In this document: piece after piece, positions 47,613-57,563 of the stretch | Layout: each line of letters begins with the position of its first letter | Numbering within the stretch: position 1 is the stretch's first letter | NCBI GenBank assembly: GCA_045047305.1 | Contig: JASFYO010000010.1 | Coordinates: forward strand, 4,680 to 68,679 | Direction: 5' to 3' | Origin: Planctomycetota bacterium | GTDB taxonomy: Bacteria > Planctomycetota > UBA1135 | Length of the DNA stretch: 64,000 nt | The notes under the pieces: generated by a model | What the model saw: only the letters and a program-made list of their open reading frames with translations | What the model was told of the DNA's origin: nothing | Databases searched by the model: none | Translations under genes and position numbers: made by a program

Positions 47613-48311
47613 ATGATGACTCGGGTGAAGAAGAACCGCATCTTGGTGGTTGAGGATGAACCGCGCATTGCGCATTGGGTCACCTCCTTCTTTACCCGTG
47701 CCGGTTTCGAGGCCGACAGTGTCCACAACGGCGCTCTTGGCCTTGAACGCATCCTTCATGAGGCACCGGACCTAGTGATTCTAGATCGTATGTTGCCAGA
47801 TATCGACGGGTTGGAGGTTCTGCGCCGTGTACGCATGGTTTCTGCAGTACCGATTATTTTGCTCACTGCCCTTGGAGATGATCATCAACGTATCGAAGGC
47901 CTGCGCCATGGCGCCGATGATTATCAGTGCAAGCCATTTCATCCAGAAGAGTTGGTCGCACGTGCCGAGGCTATTCTGCGCCGTGTGCGTGACGAAAGTT
48001 GCGAGCAACTGATAAGCGAAAATGTGGTTCTAAATCTGGATGCCCGTTCCTGCTGTGTACGGAATACATCGGTGGAGTTGACCCGACTACAATTCGACAT
48101 CCTTGCCACCCTCATGAAAAGGCCAGGTCAAGTCTTCCCCCGCCGCGATCTAGTGCAAGCGGCGTTCGACCGCGACTTCCAGGGATCCGATCGCGCTGTC
48201 GATGTTCAAATCAGACGCCTTCGCGAACGAGTCGAATCGAATTCCTCACAGCCACAATTGATTGAAACTGTGCATGGAGTTGGCTATCGCTTCTCCGATT
48301 TGGTTGAATAA
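47613..48311 (+). CDS. OmpR/PhoB family response regulator
   Basis: ILVVEDE, LDRMLP, LLTA, GADDYQCKPF, winged helix RAVDVQIRRLR, IETVHGVGYRF. Confidence 0.95.
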   Translation: MMTRVKKNRILVVEDEPRIAHWVTSFFTRAGFEADSVHNGALGLERILHEAPDLVILDRMLPDIDGLEVLRRVRMVSAVPIILLTALGDDHQRIEGLRHGADDYQCKPFHPEELVARAEAILRRVRDESCEQLISENVVLNLDARSCCVRNTSVELTRLQFDILATLMKRPGQVFPRRDLVQAAFDRDFQGSDRAVDVQIRRLRERVESNSSQPQLIETVHGVGYRFSDLVE

Positions 48312-48315
48312 GTTC

Positions 48316-50043
48316 ATGCGTTCAGGGCTACGCACTCGAGTGTTCATGGCAAGTGTTGCCGTCGTCTTGCTCACCTTAATCCTAGGTGGTGCTTTAGTTG
48401 GGGACGCAGTCCGCGGCAACTTCTCTCGCTTTGCGCGCGCCGAAGCTCGAGACCAAGCCTATGACTTAGGTGTGTATTTGGAGTCTTGGCTCAATCGTTC
48501 TGAGAACCAAGACCGCCCTGGCCCAGCATTACAGGATTTCTTTGCTGGCGATGTGCCCGACTTCCGACCCTATTCCACCGAGGACTTAGATGGCCCCAAA
48601 TGGGGTGATTGGACAGCTCTTGCGGCCAATTCGCTGCGCATGAAGGAAAGCGATTTAGTCGCAAGACTTGCGCTGCAATCGATGGAAGAAATCTGTGATG
48701 AAACTGATTTCTCCACCGAGTCTTTGCTCGCCATCATCATGCGCTATGAGATGAACGCCCTGGAACAAGAGGGTTATGCGGAAGCCGACGCAGTCGATGA
48801 ATTAGGAGGCATTCTTTTTGAGGTACATACCTTCCTCTACGATGGCCCGGCCGAACAAGCACTTCAAATCGACGCCTATGAAAATGCCCTCCCTGAACGC
48901 CTCAATTGGTTCTTGGACACTCTGGTGGATGATGCGCAAATCCTTGCCGTCGACCCCAATGGCAAGGTCCTTTTTGACTCTAGCGGCGGTTCTTTAGGGG
49001 TTCAGGTTCCAGAACCACTGTTCGACGCGGCCACGGCCATTTACGATTGGCGCGATGGGTCTGAGCTGTGCGAAATCATTGTCGCCGCTGGCCCTGGCCA
49101 CTACCGCGCAGAAGCTAACTTCTTCTTACAGAGAGTGAAGCGCTCCCTGACAACTAGCGCCTTGCTCCTCCTAGGCGCCGCGCTCCTCCTTTCCTGGTGG
49201 CTTGGCCGACGCCTCTTAGCTCCCATCCAAGCCCTCACCGATGCGTCTGCGCGCCTTGCCAAGGGCGACTCCGACGGACGCCTCCCGGTTGGCAGCGAAG
49301 ATGAGGTTGGCAGAATGAGTGCTTCCTTTAACCACATGCTGGAATCTCTGGAGGAGCAACGGGAACTCCGCAAACGCCTCGTTGCTGATTTAGCGCATGA
49401 ATTAAATACTCCCCTCAGCGTGATTCAGCTGGAACTTGCAGGGCTCGATGCCGGGATGCAATCCGCAAAAGAATGCGCAGAACGGATTGGGGTGGAATTG
49501 GAAGTCCTGAAACGCTTAGCCAACGATGTCCGCATTCTCGCCGACTCCGACCGCGGCGCCCTAGAATTACGCCTTGAACCATGTGACGTCCAGGCCTGCT
49601 GCCACGAAACGGTGCAACGTTGGCAACCTCGTGCCGCAGAGAAGAATATCCAATTGGAATTTCTTGACGGACCTTCCTTCCCACCCGTGCAAGCCGACCG
49701 CGTGCGCGTGATGCAAGTTCTCGGAAACTTACTAAGTAATGCGGTGCGCCACAGTGACATCCATGGAAACGTTCAAGTCGATGCGCAAGTCACTAGCGAC
49801 GCAAACGGAGAGTCCTTCCTGCAAGTTTCTGTTCAGGACAATGGCGAAGGCATTCCAGCGCAACAAATCCCCACGATTTTCGAACGTTTCACCCGCGCAG
49901 ACTCCTCGCGCAATCGCGAGTCTGCAGGGCGTGGGCTGGGACTTGCCATTGTCGCCGACTTAGTCCAACGCCACGGCGGGCGCGTGTGGGTAGAGAGCGA
50001 AATCGGTACCGGCAGCACCTTCTATTTCACTCTACCCCTCTAG
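48316..50043 (+). CDS. Sensor histidine kinase (BaeS-like; periplasmic domain, HAMP, HisKA, HATPase)
   Basis: Two TM helices, HAMP DEVGRMSASFNHM, H-box LAHELNTPL, N-box NLLSNAVRH, DNGEGI, GLGLAI. Confidence 0.95.
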   Translation: MRSGLRTRVFMASVAVVLLTLILGGALVGDAVRGNFSRFARAEARDQAYDLGVYLESWLNRSENQDRPGPALQDFFAGDVPDFRPYSTEDLDGPKWGDWTALAANSLRMKESDLVARLALQSMEEICDETDFSTESLLAIIMRYEMNALEQEGYAEADAVDELGGILFEVHTFLYDGPAEQALQIDAYENALPERLNWFLDTLVDDAQILAVDPNGKVLFDSSGGSLGVQVPEPLFDAATAIYDWRDGSELCEIIVAAGPGHYRAEANFFLQRVKRSLTTSALLLLGAALLLSWWLGRRLLAPIQALTDASARLAKGDSDGRLPVGSEDEVGRMSASFNHMLESLEEQRELRKRLVADLAHELNTPLSVIQLELAGLDAGMQSAKECAERIGVELEVLKRLANDVRILADSDRGALELRLEPCDVQACCHETVQRWQPRAAEKNIQLEFLDGPSFPPVQADRVRVMQVLGNLLSNAVRHSDIHGNVQVDAQVTSDANGESFLQVSVQDNGEGIPAQQIPTIFERFTRADSSRNRESAGRGLGLAIVADLVQRHGGRVWVESEIGTGSTFYFTLPL

Positions 50044-50047
50044 CGAC

Positions 50048-51589
50048 CTACTCCCACTCAATGGTCCCGGGAGGCTTAGAAGTAATATCCAAAACCACAC
50101 GGTTGATACCTGGTGAGTTGTTGATGATGCGATTAGAAATCGCCTGCAAGCATTCGCGTGAAGGGTAAACCCAATCCGCAGTCATACCGTCATTCGATTG
50201 CACGGCACGGATAGCACAAGCCTCTTCATAGGTGCGCTTATCACCCATCACTCCGACAGAGCGCGCGCCAGTAAGCACAGCAAAGTATTGCCAAACGCCC
50301 AAGTGCTCCTCGCGAGCTTCAAACTCTTCGCGTACCACGCGGTCGGCTTCACGTAGGAGGTGAATGCGTTCTGGAGTACAGTCGCCGACACAACGCACCG
50401 CAAGCCCTGGCCCCGGAAACGGCTGACGCGCAACCATCTCTTCTGGCAGTCCCAGAATACGCCCAAGTTCTCGGACTTCATCTTTGAACAACAGGCGGAG
50501 CGGTTCCACCAAGTCCATGTCGAGGTCGTCGGGAAGTCCACCTACGTTGTGATGCGACTTGATGACCTCGGTTGCGCCACCATGCGCAGCAACGGATTCA
50601 ATGACATCGGGATAAAGGGTGCCTTGGCCCAAGAATTTGGCATTCTTGAAGCGCTTGGCTTGCTCGCGGAAGATCTCCACGAACTCATAACCAATGACCT
50701 TACGCTTAGTCTCTGGGTCAGTAACCCCAGCAAGCTTGCTAAGGAAACGTTCTTCAGCATCAATCACCGTCAGGTCTAACTCAAAGTGATCTTCGAATGC
50801 CTTCTCCACCATTTGGCGTTCGCCCGCACGCAGCAAGCCGTTATCGACGAAAATTGCATGGCAACGGTTACCGATAGCCTTTTGGCACAAAGCACCGACC
50901 ACCGAACTATCGACGCCTCCAGAAAGCCCAAGCACAATCTCACCATCATCGCCGACTTGTTGGCGCACGCGATCAATCAACTCAGTTGCTAAATCGCCAG
51001 GCGTCCAGTCACCGACACATCCACAAATATCCTTCAAGAAGTTACGCAACATGCGCTCTCCTTCTTGAGTGTGCCCGACTTCGGGGTGGAACTGCACCGC
51101 ATAGTAATCGCGGGAGGTATCTCCGATTGCCCCTTCAGGACAATCAGCGCTGTGCGCCAGATTTTCGAAACCGTCCGGCAATTTCTCTACGCGATCTCCA
51201 TGACTCATCCACACCACAGTGTCGGAAGCGACTCCAGCAAAGAGTTTCCCTGGTGTATCCACTTTCATCGGAGTGAATCCATACTCACGCGAAGTACCGG
51301 GAATAACGGCGCCGCCGAGCACCTCACACATCCATTGCATGCCGTAACAAATTCCTAAGACTGGAACACCATGTTCCAGAATCTCGGCGGGCAAAGTGGG
51401 TGCGCCTTCTGCATAGGCACTACCAGGACCACCCGAAAGAATGATGCCTTTGAGTCCTTCAGCCTTCGATGCTGCGAGAGCTTTGTGTGGCGGAACGACT
51501 TCAGAGAACACCTGATGTTCACGCACACGTCGTGCAATGAGCTGGGTGTATTGAGATCCGAAATCGACAATGAGGATGCGTTCGTGCAC
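50048..51589 (-). CDS. guaA: GMP synthase (glutamine-hydrolysing)
   Basis: DFGSQYTQLIARR, GICYGMQ, QFHPEV, LSGGVDSSV, IKSHHNVGGLP, KPPGTIEWE. Confidence 0.98.
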   Translation of the reverse strand: MHERILIVDFGSQYTQLIARRVREHQVFSEVVPPHKALAASKAEGLKGIILSGGPGSAYAEGAPTLPAEILEHGVPVLGICYGMQWMCEVLGGAVIPGTSREYGFTPMKVDTPGKLFAGVASDTVVWMSHGDRVEKLPDGFENLAHSADCPEGAIGDTSRDYYAVQFHPEVGHTQEGERMLRNFLKDICGCVGDWTPGDLATELIDRVRQQVGDDGEIVLGLSGGVDSSVVGALCQKAIGNRCHAIFVDNGLLRAGERQMVEKAFEDHFELDLTVIDAEERFLSKLAGVTDPETKRKVIGYEFVEIFREQAKRFKNAKFLGQGTLYPDVIESVAAHGGATEVIKSHHNVGGLPDDLDMDLVEPLRLLFKDEVRELGRILGLPEEMVARQPFPGPGLAVRCVGDCTPERIHLLREADRVVREEFEAREEHLGVWQYFAVLTGARSVGVMGDKRTYEEACAIRAVQSNDGMTADWVYPSRECLQAISNRIINNSPGINRVVLDITSKPPGTIEWE

Positions 51590-51603
51590 GGTTCAGGAAT
51601 TAC

Positions 51604-53049
51604 TTAGTTCGCTTGCCAGTAGTTTGGCGCTTCTTTGGTGACGCGGACGTCGTGAGGATGATTCTCTTGCCGCCCCGCTCCGGTAATGCGTACAAAGCGT
51701 GCGCGGGAGCGAAAAATACCGAGGTCTTCGGAACCGAGGTAGCCTAGGCCCGCCCGGATACCGCCGACAAACTGATAAACGAAGGGAGCCAAAGCCCCGC
51801 GGTGCGGGACCATGCCTTCGATGCCTTCGGGGACTAATTTCTGTTGTTCATCGACACTCGCTTGTCCGTAACGAGCTTTACCACCTTCAACCATCGCTGC
51901 GAGAGAACCCATACCGCGAACAGCTTTGAAGCTGCGCCCTTGATAAAGAAAGGTCTCACCAGGAGATTCGTTCACGCCGGCAAACAAGGAGCCGAGCATC
52001 AGGCATTCAGCGCCAGCTCCTAGAGCTTTAACGCCATCTCCGGAGTGACGTATGCCGCCATCTGCGATGACAGGTACATCTTCCGCGGAACAGACTTGGC
52101 TGACTTGATACACCGCTGTGAATTGTGGGATGCCTACCCCTGCAACCACCCGCGTAGTGCAGATACTTCCAGGTCCGATACCAACCTTAATCCCATCTGC
52201 ACCAGCATCAATGAGGGCTTCTGCAGCTTCGGCGGTAGCAATATTGCCAGCGACGACGTCGACCCAATCGCGCTTCTTCAATTCACGCACCGTCTCCATC
52301 ACGTTCATGCTGTGCCCATGTGCGGTGTCAACGGTCAGAACATCTACACCCGCAGCAACCAATGCTTCTGCGCGTTCGTAATCACGCACTCCTACGGCAG
52401 CACCGGTGATGAGGCAACCGTTTTTGTCTTTGGCGGCATCCGGGAACTCGCTCGACAAGCGGATATCACGCATGGTGATGAGGCCCGCCAACCTGCCTTC
52501 CTTGTCGGCAAGAATCAACTTCTCTACCTTAGCTTTGTAAAGAATGGATTTGGCTGTGGCGAGATTGGTATCGGGCGGCGCGGTAACCAAATCACGCGAC
52601 ATCACTTCGCTAGCTTTTTGGTCATCGCCACCTTGATATTTGAGGTCACGCCGCGTGAGAATTCCAACGACCCGACCATTATCAACCACCGGCAGACCTG
52701 AAATATTGTTCTCCGACATCAAGCGCCGGGCGTCCCCCACAGTGTCATCGGGCTCCAAAGTCAGCGGGTCATGAATCACACCATGGGCACTCCGCTTAAC
52801 GATATCCACTTCGCGCACTTGATCTTCAATCGACAAGTTGCGGTGAATGATGCCGATTCCGCCCTGTTGCGCCAAGGCAATCGCCAAACGCGACTCAGTT
52901 ACAGTGTCCATCGCAGCCGAGGCAATCGGAATCTCCAAGCGCACGTTGCGCGAGAACCGGGTGACTGTATTGACCTCCGTTGGAAGGACATCCGACTCCT
53001 GAGGAATCAGAAGGACGTCATCAAAGGTGAGTGCAAGTGGCAGGTCCAT
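51604..53049 (-). CDS. guaB: IMP dehydrogenase
   Basis: [20 protein letters not shown] pair, [30 protein letters not shown]. Confidence 0.98.
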   Translation of the reverse strand: MDLPLALTFDDVLLIPQESDVLPTEVNTVTRFSRNVRLEIPIASAAMDTVTESRLAIALAQQGGIGIIHRNLSIEDQVREVDIVKRSAHGVIHDPLTLEPDDTVGDARRLMSENNISGLPVVDNGRVVGILTRRDLKYQGGDDQKASEVMSRDLVTAPPDTNLATAKSILYKAKVEKLILADKEGRLAGLITMRDIRLSSEFPDAAKDKNGCLITGAAVGVRDYERAEALVAAGVDVLTVDTAHGHSMNVMETVRELKKRDWVDVVAGNIATAEAAEALIDAGADGIKVGIGPGSICTTRVVAGVGIPQFTAVYQVSQVCSAEDVPVIADGGIRHSGDGVKALGAGAECLMLGSLFAGVNESPGETFLYQGRSFKAVRGMGSLAAMVEGGKARYGQASVDEQQKLVPEGIEGMVPHRGALAPFVYQFVGGIRAGLGYLGSEDLGIFRSRARFVRITGAGRQENHPHDVRVTKEAPNYWQAN

Positions 53050-53147
53050 AAGCCATTGTAGCGCGGCGGCTGGGTGCGATGCTAGCCCCATGCCACGAGG
53101 AAATGTGCGTTATACTGGCGCTTTCAGCTCGCCCTGAAAGACCTACC

Positions 53148-55916
53148 ATGACCCTGACCGCAAACGCCGTGAAACTGCCATTCGGCCTCAGCCTCTCGCA
53201 GATCGATGCCCTCAACCTGATTGCCGACCGCGCCCTTGCGCAAATGGCACATATGATTTGGGAGGCGAATCATCGCCCAGATCATCTGGCAACGGACCCG
53301 AAGGTTGGAGGACATCCCGCAGCCTGCGCTAGCAGTCTGCACCTGGCCACGGCAATGCATATGGTGGCGCGTGCACCGCAAGACTTCTGGTGCGCCAAGC
53401 CTCACCTGGCGCCACTAGATCATGCGCTGCACTATCAAATGGGCTTCTTTCGCAATGCCGACGGTAGCTGGATGGACGAAGAAACCATGGAAGGTGCCAT
53501 GCATCGCCTGCGTAAGTTTTCGCAGCATGGCGAACCGGTATTTCAGTCTTACCATGCTGCCAGCGACCCTGATGCCTGGCGCATCCTGCCCAGTGGCACC
53601 GTCGGCATTCCACCGGTCAACTCTGGATATCTAGCCTTGGCATGGGATTACTTAGTCGATCACGGCGTCGAAGAAAAACGGGATATCCATTTTTGGTCTT
53701 TACTTGGCGACTCCGAATTCCGCGAAGGCTCGTTGATGGAAGCGATTACTGATTTTGCCGAACGCGAGCTCAACAACGTGACTTGGATTCTGGATTACAA
53801 CCGCCAAAGCTTGGACGGCACCCGGATCACCAACAATCAAGTCTTCGATGGCACCGATGCAGACCGTATTCGTCGCACCATGCAAGCCAACGGCTGGGAA
53901 GTCCTGGAACTCGCCCACGGACGCCTGCGTCAGTCCGCATTTACAGGCCCGGGTGGCAAAGCTCTGCGCGCCGTGTTTGAGAAGGGATTAACCGATTACG
54001 AACTGCAAGGCCTTTTGTGGAAGCGCGATGCCGACTTGATTCGCGAGTCCATCAAACGCATCGATGCTAAAGCGGTCAAAGCGATTGCAGACCTAAGCGA
54101 TGAGGATTTACTCGCTTTGTTCGCCGACCTCGGCGGGCACGACATGGTTTTAATCCTGGAAGCTTATGCTGCGGCACGTCAGTCGAAAAAACCGACCATG
54201 GTGTTGGCACATACTATCAAAGGATTAGGCTTGGATAGTTATGCTCAACCTGGCAACCACTCCTCGGTTCCCAACGAGGCGGAAGTTGGGCGCATGATGC
54301 AAGCTCAAGGCACCGACATGGAGCACCCATACGCGCGCCTCGGCCAATGGGATACGGATTCCGAAGTGGTCAAGATGCTGCAAGCGCGTGGAGATTTAAT
54401 GCGCGCTGCTGTCGCCACGGAAGAGGCGCGCATGCAGGCCAATCGTGAGCAAGTGGAGGCTCGACTGCAAGCTGCAGGCCCCCTCCCCACCGACTTTGGA
54501 GTCAACCTGTCGATGATGCCGATTGTGCATACCCAATGGATGTGGGGACAAGTTGCAGGCAAATTGGTGCGCATTGGCACCCGCGATGAGCTCGAAGCGG
54601 CAGGGCAGGATGTAGGCAAAGAGCTAAATGACAACGAGAAAGCTTGGCAAGCGGCAGCCGATTTAATGCTGACCATGTCCCCGGACGTCGGCACCAGCAC
54701 CAACATCAATCCCGCTATGGATGGAAAGATTTATGGTGTCGTCGAAGATCGCGATTGGGAAGCCGAGTTGGAATGGAATGAGCGTGGACGTCCGCATTTA
54801 CACTCCAGCCACAATCCTTGGACCCGGCACATCCGTTTTGAAATCGCCGAAGCCGCCAGCATGAGTGCGGCTGGGTCCTTTGGCAAAGCTGGAGCCTATT
54901 TCGGCGTGCCACTGATGCCGATGATGACGGTCTATGACTTCTTCATCAAACGCGCACTCGACCAACTGTATTACAACGTTTACTGGCGCAGTTCCTTCTT
55001 GCTCATCGGCACTCCTTCTGGGGTTGCACTTTCTCCAGAAGGCGCACAGCATTCTTGGAAAAGCGATATCCAGATGCCAAGCATGGTCACTTGGGAGCCA
55101 TTCTTTGCCAAAGAAATGGAGTGGATTCTGGCCGACGCCATGGCCCGACATTGCTCCAGTAATAACCTCGACCGCGAGGGCGTGGTGGTGCGTGCGGTCA
55201 CCATGGGTGTGAAGCAGAAGGAAATGATGAAGCACCTGCAAGCGCAAGAGCAACATCAAGGGCGTAACAAGGATGCCATCCTGGAAGCTGTGCGCCAAGA
55301 TGTACTCGCCGGCGGTTACTGGCTTATCCAGCGCTCCGGAGAGGAGGACTACCAGCCAGGTGATAACGTAGTCACCATCCTTGCTATCGGTGCCATGGGA
55401 GTGGAGGCCATGGCTGCTAGTGAGCTACTTCGCGAGCGTGGCATTTGCGCCGACGTGCTCATCTGCACCTCCCCCGAACTCTTGCTCGGACGTTTCGCAG
55501 AACGCGACTCCTTCGCGCAACTCAACAAGCTTGGCGTCAATGGCGCAGTACACCTAGTAGGTACTGCCGGGGAAGTCCTCGACGCGGCCGACGTCTTGTT
55601 ACTCGCAGCACGAAGCATCCCCATCGTATCGGTGGTCGACGGCGAGCCTGGCATATTGGATAACGCGGGCTCCATTGTGGGCGTAAAGCAGGTATCCCTT
55701 GGAGTGAAAAGATTCTCCAAGTCCGGGCGTCCGCAAGAAGTTTTTGCCTACCACAACATGCACGCCGATGCGATTGTCGAAGCTGCAGGCCAAGCCTTGT
55801 CCGAGGCCACTTTGCGCGAAGTCAAGCTCTCCAAGCAAGCCGCACAACAGCTTGCTGCTCAGGGTAAGGTTACGCAACCGACTTCCGATTGGCGCACGCT
55901 CTGGCCGAAGACTTAA
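53148..55916 (+). CDS. aceE: Homodimeric 2-oxoacid (pyruvate) dehydrogenase E1, AceE-like
   Basis: KVGGH, ThDP motif GDSEFREG...DYNRQSLD, GGHD, AHTIKG, IAEA, PEGAQH. Confidence 0.8.
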   Translation: MTLTANAVKLPFGLSLSQIDALNLIADRALAQMAHMIWEANHRPDHLATDPKVGGHPAACASSLHLATAMHMVARAPQDFWCAKPHLAPLDHALHYQMGFFRNADGSWMDEETMEGAMHRLRKFSQHGEPVFQSYHAASDPDAWRILPSGTVGIPPVNSGYLALAWDYLVDHGVEEKRDIHFWSLLGDSEFREGSLMEAITDFAERELNNVTWILDYNRQSLDGTRITNNQVFDGTDADRIRRTMQANGWEVLELAHGRLRQSAFTGPGGKALRAVFEKGLTDYELQGLLWKRDADLIRESIKRIDAKAVKAIADLSDEDLLALFADLGGHDMVLILEAYAAARQSKKPTMVLAHTIKGLGLDSYAQPGNHSSVPNEAEVGRMMQAQGTDMEHPYARLGQWDTDSEVVKMLQARGDLMRAAVATEEARMQANREQVEARLQAAGPLPTDFGVNLSMMPIVHTQWMWGQVAGKLVRIGTRDELEAAGQDVGKELNDNEKAWQAAADLMLTMSPDVGTSTNINPAMDGKIYGVVEDRDWEAELEWNERGRPHLHSSHNPWTRHIRFEIAEAASMSAAGSFGKAGAYFGVPLMPMMTVYDFFIKRALDQLYYNVYWRSSFLLIGTPSGVALSPEGAQHSWKSDIQMPSMVTWEPFFAKEMEWILADAMARHCSSNNLDREGVVVRAVTMGVKQKEMMKHLQAQEQHQGRNKDAILEAVRQDVLAGGYWLIQRSGEEDYQPGDNVVTILAIGAMGVEAMAASELLRERGICADVLICTSPELLLGRFAERDSFAQLNKLGVNGAVHLVGTAGEVLDAADVLLLAARSIPIVSVVDGEPGILDNAGSIVGVKQVSLGVKRFSKSGRPQEVFAYHNMHADAIVEAAGQALSEATLREVKLSKQAAQQLAAQGKVTQPTSDWRTLWPKT

Positions 55917-55938
55917 ACCCGCACTGCTGTGGAAGCCG

Positions 55939-56541
55939 TTAGTTCTTGCGAAAGAACACGGAGGCAACCACGCTGAGCGTAAAAACGGTCACCACAATCC
56001 ACGCCCATGAGGCCATGTCGCCCTGAACGTTTTCCAGAATTGGATTAGCGACTGAAGCCAGTTCACCGTTGGGAATCATCTGATCTCCTTCGCCAGACGC
56101 ATTAGAAACCAAGTTCACTAAAGTGAGGGAACTGATGGTTATGCGCACCCCGATGAGGGCCCAAACCACGGAACGGATGCCGTTGCCAGCGAATCCCGCA
56201 CGCACCCAACCAAAACATGTGATGAGACTGCCAAAGACTACGGCAATACCGAGAAGAACCATGCTCATCAGTTCCCGCGCCCACTCAGCAAGCAGGGTCT
56301 TGCTTGGCTCCACGGCACCATGCAGAAGCTGTAAATCACCCCACAAAGTCCAACCCAACCACAGCATGAATACGGTGACCAAGGTCAAGGCGACACTCTG
56401 CGCACGCATCAGTTTTTCTTTGCCAGAAGGTGCAGCAAACAAACTCAACCCGACCAAGGCTCCGGTAAGGAAAAAGAAAATGACCGCAACTAAACCGGCG
56501 AGGAAGAACAGGCTAAAAAACGTCGAATCCATGATGTTCAA
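55939..56541 (-). CDS. Hypothetical integral membrane protein
   Basis: About five TM helices; 4-nt overlap with the upstream DUF4340 gene. Confidence 0.65.
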   Translation of the reverse strand: MNIMDSTFFSLFFLAGLVAVIFFFLTGALVGLSLFAAPSGKEKLMRAQSVALTLVTVFMLWLGWTLWGDLQLLHGAVEPSKTLLAEWARELMSMVLLGIAVVFGSLITCFGWVRAGFAGNGIRSVVWALIGVRITISSLTLVNLVSNASGEGDQMIPNGELASVANPILENVQGDMASWAWIVVTVFTLSVVASVFFRKN

Positions 56542-57563
56542 TCATCTTGGAGCATGCGCTCCACAGGCTGCCGAAGTTGGCTCACCTCAAAATCAGAAAG
56601 GGTGAAGATATAGGGCAAATCCTTCACCCGCAAGAAACGTTGACCATTTTTGGTCGGGTTACCCAGCTCGAAGCGAAACACGTCGCCTTCAATGCCTACT
56701 GCAAACTGATCTTTGGGAAAACCAAAGCGAGCTTCATCGGTGCCATCTTGACTTGCAACACCAATGATGTCGGCAAACTTTAACCCCACGATGGAGGTGG
56801 CCATGGAATCCCCAGCATAGCCTAAAGCGGGCTGCTCCGACGGTTCGGTCATGAACCATGCGCTGCTTGCACCGACCTCGCCGCCAGCCTCTGCTGCTCG
56901 GCGCTCCACACGCCAGCTCTCGCCAGTCTGAAAGTCCTTGCGTTCGATCCAGCTCACGCGATCCATGCCGATGCCTTTCAGTGGCTGCACTTCACACCAG
57001 CCCACGGGGTCAACAGCAGGGAGTATGGCGTCGCCACTGAGATATACGCGGTCACTACGAGCATCGCGCATATAAAACTCAAGCACTGCACGATCACCTC
57101 CCTGAATGTCTTGCTGACGCATGGAACCTGCGATCCAATCGACCAAGAGGCGGTTATCATCTGAGTAAATCTGAACCCGGCGGCCCTGGCCCTCCGCCAC
57201 TCCATACACACCATGTTTCTCGGGGTTCACCGACACTACATCGGATGTTTGGATGCTCGCCAAGTTATCCAGCATTTGCGTAAAACGGGCATAGTCCAGC
57301 GGGAAGTTCTTTTCCTCAACCATCCATCCACGACCAATAGTGCGGTTCTCGCGGCTCACTAAACTAAGTGTGGCACGCTGCTCGCCATCCGTGATAATAA
57401 TGCGTGCGATGCTATCGATTTGCTCCGGAAGCTGCGGATAAAGTGCGCCGATTTGTGCTGCGGTACGCGCATGCGCATCCCCCTGCCATGGACGAGTCAG
57501 GCCGAGGTAAAGCGACCAAGCTAGCGCCGCCGCGATGAAGAGTTTCCAATTACGCCCGCTCAT
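56538..57563 (-). CDS. DUF4340 domain protein (Gld-type ABC accessory)
   Basis: N-terminal TM helix, VSVNPEKHGVYGV; usual position after a GldG-like gene. Confidence 0.75.
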   Translation of the reverse strand: MSGRNWKLFIAAALAWSLYLGLTRPWQGDAHARTAAQIGALYPQLPEQIDSIARIIITDGEQRATLSLVSRENRTIGRGWMVEEKNFPLDYARFTQMLDNLASIQTSDVVSVNPEKHGVYGVAEGQGRRVQIYSDDNRLLVDWIAGSMRQQDIQGGDRAVLEFYMRDARSDRVYLSGDAILPAVDPVGWCEVQPLKGIGMDRVSWIERKDFQTGESWRVERRAAEAGGEVGASSAWFMTEPSEQPALGYAGDSMATSIVGLKFADIIGVASQDGTDEARFGFPKDQFAVGIEGDVFRFELGNPTKNGQRFLRVKDLPYIFTLSDFEVSQLRQPVERMLQDD

